A stretch of 64,000 bases of DNA from Giardia intestinalis (lineage: Eukaryota), in NCBI GenBank assembly GCA_000002435.2, contig CM018791.1; one strand, given 5' to 3'. The notes beneath the pieces were generated by a model. It saw only the letters and a program-made list of their open reading frames with translations. It had not been told where the DNA came from and ran no database searches. Position 1 is the stretch's first letter, and each line of letters begins with the position of its first letter. Positions 51,570 through 61,403 of this stretch are shown here, in pieces. Both the position numbers and the translations under genes were made by a program.

Positions 51570-53762
51570 TCACAGTGATTTTTCATAGAGCATGCGGTAA
51601 GAAGATCCGCACATCGCATAGTTTATTTCATGCAGCGTGCAGAGGCCACTCCCTTCTAGGATCTCGTGACATATGGCTGTGGGAGTGGGGATGGGTCGAG
51701 GGTCTACAATGAATGCAGATCCCTCCATAACCGAGCAGCTTTTGTAATGTCTCGCGTTCTCTCTTGTATCTTGTATCAACGAATCAAACCTCTCCAGAAA
51801 CATCTTTGCCTTTTCCTTGTTTGCCTCTTCAGAAGATTCTATAACGTCTAAATCTGCGTTCTTCTCTAGGTAGGGCGGGGGTGGCGGCAATGCGTGACCA
51901 TTTATTGCCTTTAGATAGCCTATTTCCTTGAGCAATTTTTCGTTTTCCCGCTCAAGAATTGCAAGCTTCTCTTCAAGAAATGATCTTTCTATCACAAAAT
52001 CGGCTGGCAAAATCTGCTTATCTAAATTGAGTACATCCTCCAACTGTCTGCAACGGTCCTGCAACTTATTCGAGCGTTCTAGCTCAGTATTTAAGCGCTC
52101 CTTCACACTACTGAGTGCCTGTACACTTTCCTTGTGCATCATCACGAGTGCTTTGATGTCTCTTCGAGCCGCCAAGATCTCCCGCTGGAGGGCTGACCTT
52201 TCCGACTCTGCACTCATTATGGCATTCTGTAGAGTTAGTATCCGCTTATCTCGTAAAAGAGCGTCATTTCGACTAGCAAGCTCCTGCTTTATGGCGGCTA
52301 GTTCTGCAATCGTGGCATTGTGTGCGTCAATTCTGGACTCATAAGCTATTTTAAGCTGCTTAATTGTTTCATGGGCATCTGCCAGCTGTTGTGTGAATTT
52401 CTCGCGCTCTGCTATGAGCGTCTCCTCGCACTTATTCTTCTCGTGTAGCAGTTTGTTGACGTGGACAGGGTGAACAGCCGGCTCGTGCTTGTTCGCTACA
52501 AGAAAGGACGTATATATCTGCTCTAAGCGTTGTAGTTCTTCACGTGCGGTTGAAAACCTCTTCTCCAACATTGCAAGGGCCGAAGTGGCATGCTCCAGAT
52601 CCATACTAAGCTTCTCAATATGAGCGTTTTTCATGTCCACCTGTGCTGCTAGATTTTGCAGTTGCATATCTTTTCTAGTATCTTCTGGTGCCATAGATTC
52701 CACCAATAAAGTAGAATTGGAAACGCCTATAAGCTTGTGCTTGTTGACATTATTAATCATTTGCTGAACAACTCCGTTTCTTTCTTCGGGCAAGTACTCG
52801 GGCTCCTCAGTCTGAGAGCTGGTTTCAAGAATACGCAGAGACGATATGCTTCCACTAAGGTTCTTCTGCCGAATGATATTCTCACATAGACTACACATCT
52901 TAGGGTCAGTCATAGGATCCCCGGAAAATGCATCATCAGCTACTATTGCTACCCCCTTTATAGAGATGTCCACTAACGTTGCTAATTCTATTCGCGTGGT
53001 AGACTCCACAGCTAGCATCCAGTGGGCAAGGTGCAGAAGCGAGTTACTGTATGGAAAGCGGCGCAAGGTAATTATGTCCTGCCTTATAGGTTGTGCCTTG
53101 TCAGCATAGAGAGGCTCTCCCGAAAGAAACTCGCAAAGAACACACCCAAGTGACCAGATATCAAAGCTTGGAGCAATGTCTACTGTAGAATAGAATTCCT
53201 TCGGTTGATAAAGACGAGAGGTCTGGACTGATGAATGCAACGCACTTAGAGTTGTCACACTGGTAAGAAAGTGCGGGCATATGCCGACATCCGTAAAGAC
53301 ATATATCCCTTCTGGAGTCGATATAATATTCTGAGGCTTTATATTGCCGTGACAAATGCCCTTCTTGGTGTGTTGCTGAAGGTACAGGAGTGCACTGGAT
53401 AAGTCACGTATAAGCTTCCAGGCCTTAACCTCAAGCGCTCTTGGATGCTCATTCTTGTTTGTCGGAATGATGAGATCCAGGGAGTTTCCTTCTATGTAAT
53501 CTCGAGCATAGTAAAGATCAGCGCCGAAGAGATCATTCGGTTCAAAGCACCTATCAAGCCTATATGTTGGTAGTGAGCTATGAGATACGGTACTAAGGCT
53601 ATCTAATATCCCACGGAGAATACCCAATCGCTTTTGATAAAACCATTCAGAAAGCCCTAAATTCTTAATAAAGTAAAGCTTTACGACTACACGATTGCCA
53701 CTGTCTTCGGCAAAAAATGTCGTACATGATGGAGAACTGCTCACTGGCCGCAGTGCCTTCAT
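51570..53762 (-). CDS. kinase-fold protein (predicted pseudokinase, NEK-like) with long C-terminal coiled coil, 730 aa
   Basis: ATG verified. The kinase-like N-terminus has HGN in place of HRD (ICHGNIKPQNI) and TDVG in place of DFG, with subdomain IX DIWSLGCVLCEF. Residues about 330-620 are heptad-rich (LQRLEQIYTSF..., ELASRNDALLRDKRIL...). Confidence 0.75.
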   Translation of the reverse strand: MKALRPVSSSPSCTTFFAEDSGNRVVVKLYFIKNLGLSEWFYQKRLGILRGILDSLSTVSHSSLPTYRLDRCFEPNDLFGADLYYARDYIEGNSLDLIIPTNKNEHPRALEVKAWKLIRDLSSALLYLQQHTKKGICHGNIKPQNIISTPEGIYVFTDVGICPHFLTSVTTLSALHSSVQTSRLYQPKEFYSTVDIAPSFDIWSLGCVLCEFLSGEPLYADKAQPIRQDIITLRRFPYSNSLLHLAHWMLAVESTTRIELATLVDISIKGVAIVADDAFSGDPMTDPKMCSLCENIIRQKNLSGSISSLRILETSSQTEEPEYLPEERNGVVQQMINNVNKHKLIGVSNSTLLVESMAPEDTRKDMQLQNLAAQVDMKNAHIEKLSMDLEHATSALAMLEKRFSTAREELQRLEQIYTSFLVANKHEPAVHPVHVNKLLHEKNKCEETLIAEREKFTQQLADAHETIKQLKIAYESRIDAHNATIAELAAIKQELASRNDALLRDKRILTLQNAIMSAESERSALQREILAARRDIKALVMMHKESVQALSSVKERLNTELERSNKLQDRCRQLEDVLNLDKQILPADFVIERSFLEEKLAILERENEKLLKEIGYLKAINGHALPPPPPYLEKNADLDVIESSEEANKEKAKMFLERFDSLIQDTRENARHYKSCSVMEGSAFIVDPRPIPTPTAICHEILEGSGLCTLHEINYAMCGSSYRMLYEKSL

Positions 53763-54024
53763 TTTTTCGGGCAGGATTTATTATTGACCAGAGGCTTTGT
53801 GGCACTCCTCTAGAGAAGATCTCAGTGTCAGCTTTAGGCCACTCCCATGGACATCGTCTGTTCCTGATCTCAGGGGCCCGTCAGGCTTCTCACGCTACCT
53901 CGCGGCTCCTCCGGGCGCGCGGCCCTGCTACTTCAAAGAGACTCGACTCCCAAGCCCCGCCTGGCCACCGAGCGGCCTGCAGGGTCCTTGCGCCCCCTGG
54001 GCCCGTGATGTGGCACATGGATGC

Positions 54025-54031
54025 GTTTACT
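54025..54031 (-). terminator. polyadenylation signal AGTAAAC 11 nt downstream of the VSP copy A stop
   Basis: Mirror of 61397..61403. Matches the AGTRAAY consensus. Confidence 0.55.
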
Positions 54032-54041
54032 ACCTGAGTAT

Positions 54042-56063
54042 CTACGCTTTGCCTCTGCAGATGAACCACCAGCAGAGGAACCCGACGAGCCCCCCGACTA
54101 CGACAATCACAGCAACAGAGATGCCGGCGATGGCCCCAGTGGAGAGGCCGCTCTTGTTCGTGCTTCCACCGGTGTTGTCGCTAGTGCCATCGCCCATCTC
54201 AAGGCACATGAACGCATCGGTGGATGACACCGTGCACTGCCTGCACCCAGCGAGCCCCTCAGAGCACGGATTACACTTTGTCCCAGCACTCTGCGGTTTG
54301 TAATATCCAGTGCTGCATGTAGCACAGGCGTTAGCGTCGTTAGCAGCCGTGCATGTCTCGCAGCTAAGATGGCACCTTTTATTGGAACAATCGCCATTAT
54401 CAGCCGTTAGACCACTGGCACATTTTGTACATTTTCCTCCCTGCACTGTAGTACACACTTGTTTACCAGGCTGTCTATTTGTTTGATAGCAACCGCCATC
54501 TTTGAGGAAGTAGTTATTTTCACATTGAGTGCATGCTCCATTACTCACCGTAGTGCAAAATCGTGTTCGCGTATTGGCCGCACAGTTGCCATCCAGTGGC
54601 GCTTGCTGAGCGTTCTTGCACTTTGAGCAGTATGCAGTTCCTCCTATCTGAGCCCCACACTCTGCGCATCCATCGTTTGTAGAACTCACACTGCACTGGT
54701 TCATGCACGTGCCCCCATTGGCAGGAGTATCAGCATCTGTATACTGAAGCATCTTCCCAGCAGGACAGGCCGTGCACTTATCAGCGCCCTCACCCTTGCA
54801 CTCTACGCACGCATCGTTGCACTTCTTGCAGGTCTTTTTGCCACTATCGTCTCCGTAGTAGCCCTTGAGGGTCGTGCAGTCAGATACGCATTGACTGGTT
54901 GGGGTGAGGTAGTACTCAGACAGACACTTTGTACAGACCTCCTTATCAGCGCCTTCACCGGTGCACTCCAAACAGTGCTCTGTGTTACAGTTACTGATTG
55001 GTCGGCATTCAGTCGATTCAGTATTAGGCTGGAGTCCTTCGTTGCACTCGCACACTTGGCTATCCTGTCCGGTGGCCTTGGGGGTAGAGTTAGCAGGGCA
55101 ACTAGCAACGCACGACTTTTTGTTGAGGCCAAAGATGGTCTTATCAGAATCGGGGCACTCTTTGCATACTGCTCCGTCGCCGTTCTTTTCACAAGTCTTA
55201 CAATCTTTTGCCCCGCCCGATGTGCAGGTAGTGCAGGTCTTCGCTGCTTCATCTATGTAGTGTGTTGCTGGGCAATCGCCCTGATTAACGCACGTGCCTG
55301 TCTCACTGTCATCCTCCTTCTTCAGGTAGGGCGTGGCTTCAGTACACGAGGTACACTGCGTCTCTGTATTCTCGCATGTCTTACAGCTGGAAGCACATTT
55401 GCTGCACTTCTTTCCATTACGTGAGTCCACAAAATACCCATTATTGCAATCGGCCTCCTCGACACACGACGTTACGCCGTCGACTGTCTTGACAATCTTA
55501 CCGCCTCCACATGCATTACATGTAGCGGCTTTTGGTGCATCAGTCGCCTGCTCTGGCTTCTCGCAGGTGGTGCACCCATCTACGCCTGTGTACTTCTTAC
55601 CATCGCCAAGCGTCACTCCTTCGACGTCTCCACACCAGACAACCGACTGGTCTGTTTTGGTGGCCCCTGGAACAACAAAGTAGTTCTTTGTGGTAGCAGC
55701 CTCAGCGCATATCCCGTTTGTGGTAACCGTTTTACACATTTGATTGCCAGGTGTAGCGTCTTTTGAGTAACACCCGCCTTTGTACAAGAAATGATTTGCC
55801 GCATCGCACTGCTCGCACCTAACACTCGAAGCGTCAACGTTATCACCTGCCTTCTTTTTGCACCCGGCAGTTGTGACGGCGTTGTCATTTTGTGGTTTAC
55901 ATATTCCGTCAATAGGAACATTTCCTTGGTCTTTACACTCTGTGCATATCTCAGTGCTGCCAGCCATTTCACACATATTTTCCTTACATTTGCCAACCTG
56001 AGTATCTGCAGAACACGTCGCTGCGAGTGTACTCAGTGCAAAACAAAATGCCACCAACAACAT
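54042..56063 (-). CDS. variant-specific surface protein (VSP), 673 aa; copy A
   Basis: ATG verified. Signal peptide MLLVAFCFALSTLAATCSA. More than 80 Cys, mostly in CXXC pairs, with GGCY motifs (KGGCYSKD, DGGCYQTN). Single TM followed by the invariant VSP tail ...FLCWWFICRGKA*. Confidence 0.9.
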   Translation of the reverse strand: MLLVAFCFALSTLAATCSADTQVGKCKENMCEMAGSTEICTECKDQGNVPIDGICKPQNDNAVTTAGCKKKAGDNVDASSVRCEQCDAANHFLYKGGCYSKDATPGNQMCKTVTTNGICAEAATTKNYFVVPGATKTDQSVVWCGDVEGVTLGDGKKYTGVDGCTTCEKPEQATDAPKAATCNACGGGKIVKTVDGVTSCVEEADCNNGYFVDSRNGKKCSKCASSCKTCENTETQCTSCTEATPYLKKEDDSETGTCVNQGDCPATHYIDEAAKTCTTCTSGGAKDCKTCEKNGDGAVCKECPDSDKTIFGLNKKSCVASCPANSTPKATGQDSQVCECNEGLQPNTESTECRPISNCNTEHCLECTGEGADKEVCTKCLSEYYLTPTSQCVSDCTTLKGYYGDDSGKKTCKKCNDACVECKGEGADKCTACPAGKMLQYTDADTPANGGTCMNQCSVSSTNDGCAECGAQIGGTAYCSKCKNAQQAPLDGNCAANTRTRFCTTVSNGACTQCENNYFLKDGGCYQTNRQPGKQVCTTVQGGKCTKCASGLTADNGDCSNKRCHLSCETCTAANDANACATCSTGYYKPQSAGTKCNPCSEGLAGCRQCTVSSTDAFMCLEMGDGTSDNTGGSTNKSGLSTGAIAGISVAVIVVVGGLVGFLCWWFICRGKA

Positions 56064-56647
56064 TGTATTGTGGATTGGATTGCAATAAGATTCTGTTGGT
56101 GGTTGGACTGCTCCTGATAAGAAGACTCCATGCTTGCTAGTTCTTAATCAGCTTGAGACTCTTAGTCATTCATCTCAGAGGACAAAACCGGCATGTTCAG
56201 TAATGAGTGCACTGGCTCTCAAGCCGTACCACGTGTGCCGCTGGGGCCTACCTACATGTATGGTCCAGAAGTCTCACGGGCAAGCCTCGCTCAGTCCCTG
56301 GCCAGTCCGGAGGAGAGGGCTGGCCGCGGGTCGTAACGATAACCACAGCGGTGATAGGGAAGAGCTCCCTCCGTTTGTGGATCTGGGGTCTGTGCGTTCC
56401 TCGGCTGTTCCGCGGGCGTACGTGTCGATCTTTTCGAGGTTTTCTTACGGGCTCACTGTTCTACTGAGGGTGCCTCTCCTTGGTCTCTCTTCATAGTAGG
56501 TGAAGCTCTGGTCGTTGTCTTTTTAGATGCCCCCATCTGTCACAACTACTGCCGTCAGGGCTCTCTCCACCGGCTGAGATTCCACTCGATTGTGTGTCCG
56601 GTCTTGCGCCCCTTCTCGATCGTTGTCGTCGGGTCCCGGGGATGGAC

Positions 56648-58980
56648 TCATTCGGTTGTCAGAAGTAGGATGACAGGAGACGGTCGCTCTGGGTGACCAG
56701 GCTTTCGGCCCGGCCGCGTCTGATCAGCTTCGTCGGGTGCTCGTTCGCCTCTGCAGCCATGTGGGCGATGGCGAAGGCAGCCCGGACAGAGGTCCACGTG
56801 GAGCTCCTCGAGGTGCCCCTTGGACTTGGGGTGGAGGGATCCGTCTGTCTCGTCCCTGTACTTCTTGACCTTCTCGTTGTAGTAGGCATCCATCTGGCGG
56901 GGCTGGATGACACCCACGTCCACTGCCTTGCACTTGTCGACGAGCCAGATGTCGGGCTTCTGGTTCTGGTCGCTGAGGTGGCTGTGGGTCTCGACTTCCA
57001 GCTCTGCGTTGAACTTCCCTGAGACGCGGAGGTACAGGCACGCGACGATCATGTCGTGCCTTGTGGCAGCCCGGGCAGGTGCCTCTTGTCTGCGCCATGA
57101 TCGAGCCGCCCTTCTCCTTCAGGGCCCTTTCCTCCTCGGTCAGCACGCCGCACATCTGCAGACAGTACGCCGCCGCTCTATCCGGAAGCTGGTGTGTGCG
57201 CGTGAGGAGGCGGTTGGAGTAGGTCCCCTTCCCCTGCAGTGCCTGACCGCCCACCGACAGCTCCACCGGGTCCCTGGTCCCCTTGTTGACGTCCGGGGAG
57301 GCCCATGCCCTCCGCAGCTCGTCGTGGCAGAGCTCCGGCATGAGCAGGCCCGGGCCGCCCTTCTCCTTCGGGTACGCCAGGAAGTCGACCAGGCGATCGC
57401 AGCTTCTGTTGGTTAGTGCCTGAAGCCTTGTGCGACGCGTCTGTTGAGCTCCTCGTAGTCCGCCTTGTTCGATGTCATCTCGACCAGGGGGGCGTAGTTC
57501 ACCATCGGGACCACACAGAGTGACAGCAGGATGAGCTTCTGGTGGATGGTTATGGGGGCATTCTCAATCTTCCTCAGGGCAGTCTCGGCACCTGCGATGG
57601 CCTTCGGCGCGAGACTGGTAGGGATGGGGGACACCGGGTGGTTGAGGAAGGTCACCTCCTCGCCCGCCACGGTGGACTTGCATTTGTCGCTCCTGATCGT
57701 CAGGCCCATAGCCTGCTGTACTATTGCGCCTGCTGGGTACCCCTCGTCGTGGAGCGCCACGATGTCGTCCGCATAGGCAAGGAAGGTGATGCCCCTCCTT
57801 GAGGCGTCTCAGGAGGCGCTCGGTGGCCATGCAGAAGAGGAACATGCTGAGCGGGTCGCCCTGGGAGACGCCGCAGACCTCGCACTTCACGTCCCGGCTG
57901 TGCCTCGGCTCGAGGAAGTTCCTGATGTAGTCGATCAGGACCTTCGGGATGCCCGCCTCGTTCAGGGCTCTGACGACCTCTGCCCTCGGGAGCGAGTTGA
58001 GGGCGTTCTTTGTGTCGAGGGAGACGGCGTGCACCCCCGGCCTGCTGATGAGCTCGTGGGCCCTCCTCACGCCTACCGCGTATGCGTTCTGCATGAAGGC
58101 GATCTGTTCGCATGAGGGGTAGTTGGCATGCCTGATCAGTCGCTTCAGCAGGATGCGGTGGAAGATGCTTGTCACCGTCTCGCCATCGCGATCGGGGGTA
58201 TCCATCGGACTCCTTCAGGGTGGGTGGTCAGCTCGTTGTACGCCTGCGTGAGGTACTTCACGAAGCTGTCGTTCTGCTTCATCGCCTGAGCTGGACCGCC
58301 CGAGACCAGACAGGCCTTGTTGAGGGTTCCAAACAGGGCCTTCCTCATTTCTTCTTCGGTTGCCGGCTCCAGCCCCGTCGAGCTCATCGATGGAGGGCAG
58401 TCAAAGCCAACGTAGCCTTCGGGGAGGACGCACGGGTGTAGCGCGCTGAGGGCGGTCGGCCTTCTTCGGCTTGTCTACCATGGGTGTGCCATCAAGGGCG
58501 CGGAGAGCCTTAGCAACTGCCCCGAAGCTCAGCGCGTTGTTCACCCTGTTTGCTATCCGGCGCCTCGCCCTCTCTGGATCTGGGTCCGACTTGCCTGGGA
58601 CTGCTCCGGGTGTTGCTTGAGTCTTCTAGCAGTTTCCTACCAAGGCGTCTAGACCCCTGATAGCGGGGAGCGCGACCCCAGTCCCTGCCTGCTCGATGCT
58701 CGCGATCATGCGCGCACCCTGGTGGATGAGCATGGCAGCTGTCTGATTCGGTATGTGGGACGGAATGATCAGTTTGTCGTCACCTAGTACTCTGTGTCTG
58801 TCATCATTTGCTTCTCTCAGGTGCTCGGTTAGTTGTTTAGCCTCTCGCACGGCAGGCCACAGAGCCAGCGTGTGTGTCCTGCTGAGAGAGTAAATGTCTT
58901 CGGAGTGGTCTCCCAAGTAGAGACTCACGGCTTGCTGTTTGGGGTCTCGGAGGTACGATCTTGCGTTCATAATGTGGATC
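56648..58980 (-). mobile_element. degenerate non-LTR (LINE) retrotransposon remnant, GilM/GilT/GilD-like: RT followed by CCHC and a restriction-like endonuclease domain; multiple frameshifts
   Basis: Minus-strand ORF fragments in three frames. ORF 57564..58205 carries RT motifs (...SLDTKNALNSL..., ...GVSQGDPLSMFLFCMATE...). The next frame holds motif C, LAYADDIVALHDEG (around 57745..57790). ORF 56724..57341 has a Cys/His cluster (CPGCHKARHDRR). ORF 56648..57052 has a PD-(D/E)xK-like KPDIWLVDKCKAVDVGV motif. The region is about 62% GC, higher than its surroundings. Confidence 0.75.
57413..58205 (-). pseudogene. reverse transcriptase domain of the LINE remnant, disrupted by a frameshift between motif B (QGDPLS) and motif C (YADD)
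   Basis: Motif B lies in frame with ORF 57564..58205. YADD lies in the frame of 57413..57760, whose M in the track is an alternative-start artefact. The two overlap out of frame. Confidence 0.7.
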
Positions 58981-59364
58981 GGGTCCTCGCGGGCTCTCCT
59001 TCGCCTCAGGTCCAGCTGTGTGCACGCCCGCGGAACAGCCAAGACACAAGACCCCAGATCCACAAACGGAGGGAGCTCCTCCTATCACCACTGTGGCTAT
59101 CACTGCGACCTTCGCCTTCGAGCTGGCCAGGGACTGAGCGAGGCTTGCCCGTGAGACTTCTGGACCATACATGTAGGTAGGCCCCAGCGGCACACGTGGT
59201 ACGGCTTGAGAGCCAGTGCACTCATTACTGAACATGCCGGTTTTGTCCTCTGAGATGAATGACTAAGAGTCTCAAGCTGATTAAGAACTAGCAAGCATGG
59301 AGTCTTCTTATCAGGAGCAGTCCAACCACCAACAGAATCTTATTGCAATCCAATCCACAATACA

Positions 59365-61386
59365 ATGTTGTTGGTGGCATTTTGTTTTGCACTGAGTACA
59401 CTCGCAGCGACGTGTTCTGCAGATACTCAGGTTGGCAAATGTAAGGAAAATATGTGTGAAATGGCTGGCAGCACTGAGATATGCACAGAGTGTAAAGACC
59501 AAGGAAATGTTCCTATTGACGGAATATGTAAACCACAAAATGACAACGCCGTCACAACTGCCGGGTGCAAAAAGAAGGCAGGTGATAACGTTGACGCTTC
59601 GAGTGTTAGGTGCGAGCAGTGCGATGCGGCAAATCATTTCTTGTACAAAGGCGGGTGTTACTCAAAAGACGCTACACCTGGCAATCAAATGTGTAAAACG
59701 GTTACCACAAACGGGATATGCGCTGAGGCTGCTACCACAAAGAACTACTTTGTTGTTCCAGGGGCCACCAAAACAGACCAGTCGGTTGTCTGGTGTGGAG
59801 ACGTCGAAGGAGTGACGCTTGGCGATGGTAAGAAGTACACAGGCGTAGATGGGTGCACCACCTGCGAGAAGCCAGAGCAGGCGACTGATGCACCAAAAGC
59901 CGCTACATGTAATGCATGTGGAGGCGGTAAGATTGTCAAGACAGTCGACGGCGTAACGTCGTGTGTCGAGGAGGCCGATTGCAATAATGGGTATTTTGTG
60001 GACTCACGTAATGGAAAGAAGTGCAGCAAATGTGCTTCCAGCTGTAAGACATGCGAGAATACAGAGACGCAGTGTACCTCGTGTACTGAAGCCACGCCCT
60101 ACCTGAAGAAGGAGGATGACAGTGAGACAGGCACGTGCGTTAATCAGGGCGATTGCCCAGCAACACACTACATAGATGAAGCAGCGAAGACCTGCACTAC
60201 CTGCACATCGGGCGGGGCAAAAGATTGTAAGACTTGTGAAAAGAACGGCGACGGAGCAGTATGCAAAGAGTGCCCCGATTCTGATAAGACCATCTTTGGC
60301 CTCAACAAAAAGTCGTGCGTTGCTAGTTGCCCTGCTAACTCTACCCCCAAGGCCACCGGACAGGATAGCCAAGTGTGCGAGTGCAACGAAGGACTCCAGC
60401 CTAATACTGAATCGACTGAATGCCGACCAATCAGTAACTGTAACACAGAGCACTGTTTGGAGTGCACCGGTGAAGGCGCTGATAAGGAGGTCTGTACAAA
60501 GTGTCTGTCTGAGTACTACCTCACCCCAACCAGTCAATGCGTATCTGACTGCACGACCCTCAAGGGCTACTACGGAGACGATAGTGGCAAAAAGACCTGC
60601 AAGAAGTGCAACGATGCGTGCGTAGAGTGCAAGGGTGAGGGCGCTGATAAGTGCACGGCCTGTCCTGCTGGGAAGATGCTTCAGTATACAGATGCTGATA
60701 CTCCTGCCAATGGGGGCACGTGCATGAACCAGTGCAGTGTGAGTTCTACAAACGATGGATGCGCAGAGTGTGGGGCTCAGATAGGAGGAACTGCATACTG
60801 CTCAAAGTGCAAGAACGCTCAGCAAGCGCCACTGGATGGCAACTGTGCGGCCAATACGCGAACACGATTTTGCACTACGGTGAGTAATGGAGCATGCACT
60901 CAATGTGAAAATAACTACTTCCTCAAAGATGGCGGTTGCTATCAAACAAATAGACAGCCTGGTAAACAAGTGTGTACTACAGTGCAGGGAGGAAAATGTA
61001 CAAAATGTGCCAGTGGTCTAACGGCTGATAATGGCGATTGTTCCAATAAAAGGTGCCATCTTAGCTGCGAGACATGCACGGCTGCTAACGACGCTAACGC
61101 CTGTGCTACATGCAGCACTGGATATTACAAACCGCAGAGTGCTGGGACAAAGTGTAATCCGTGCTCTGAGGGGCTCGCTGGGTGCAGGCAGTGCACGGTG
61201 TCATCCACCGATGCGTTCATGTGCCTTGAGATGGGCGATGGCACTAGCGACAACACCGGTGGAAGCACGAACAAGAGCGGCCTCTCCACTGGGGCCATCG
61301 CCGGCATCTCTGTTGCTGTGATTGTCGTAGTCGGGGGGCTCGTCGGGTTCCTCTGCTGGTGGTTCATCTGCAGAGGCAAAGCGTAG
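59365..61386 (+). CDS. variant-specific surface protein (VSP), 673 aa; copy B, identical to copy A
   Basis: Identical translation. ATG verified at 59365. CRGKA tail. Confidence 0.9.
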   Translation: MLLVAFCFALSTLAATCSADTQVGKCKENMCEMAGSTEICTECKDQGNVPIDGICKPQNDNAVTTAGCKKKAGDNVDASSVRCEQCDAANHFLYKGGCYSKDATPGNQMCKTVTTNGICAEAATTKNYFVVPGATKTDQSVVWCGDVEGVTLGDGKKYTGVDGCTTCEKPEQATDAPKAATCNACGGGKIVKTVDGVTSCVEEADCNNGYFVDSRNGKKCSKCASSCKTCENTETQCTSCTEATPYLKKEDDSETGTCVNQGDCPATHYIDEAAKTCTTCTSGGAKDCKTCEKNGDGAVCKECPDSDKTIFGLNKKSCVASCPANSTPKATGQDSQVCECNEGLQPNTESTECRPISNCNTEHCLECTGEGADKEVCTKCLSEYYLTPTSQCVSDCTTLKGYYGDDSGKKTCKKCNDACVECKGEGADKCTACPAGKMLQYTDADTPANGGTCMNQCSVSSTNDGCAECGAQIGGTAYCSKCKNAQQAPLDGNCAANTRTRFCTTVSNGACTQCENNYFLKDGGCYQTNRQPGKQVCTTVQGGKCTKCASGLTADNGDCSNKRCHLSCETCTAANDANACATCSTGYYKPQSAGTKCNPCSEGLAGCRQCTVSSTDAFMCLEMGDGTSDNTGGSTNKSGLSTGAIAGISVAVIVVVGGLVGFLCWWFICRGKA

Positions 61387-61396
61387 ATACTCAGGT

Positions 61397-61403
61397 AGTA
61401 AAC
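61397..61403 (+). terminator. polyadenylation signal AGTAAAC 11 nt after the VSP copy B stop
   Basis: Sequence gcgTAGatactcaggtAGTAAACgc. Confidence 0.55.

Larger units (their letters stand above)
53901..56303. repeat. Left arm of a roughly 2.4-kb perfect inverted repeat (palindrome 2) carrying a VSP gene
   Basis: Mirror coordinates sum to 115428 (VSP 54042..56063 pairs with 59365..61386). I aligned the outer boundary by hand at 53901/61527. Perfect identity ends near 56303/59125 and is followed by about 170 bp of decayed similarity with indels. Confidence 0.85.

Noticed and set aside
54891-55996. ORFs antisense to the VSP genes (for example 54891..55424 +, 55613..55996 -), and their mirrors
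   Set aside because: They are embedded in the VSP CDS on the opposite strand or in another frame. They are artefacts of the Cys-codon-rich repeat structure.
56304-56480. Possible extension of the perfect VSP palindrome into the spacer
   Set aside because: Hand alignment of 56304..56480 against the reverse complement of 58980..59124 shows only partial, indel-ridden similarity. I treat it as an eroded flank, not part of the perfect arms.
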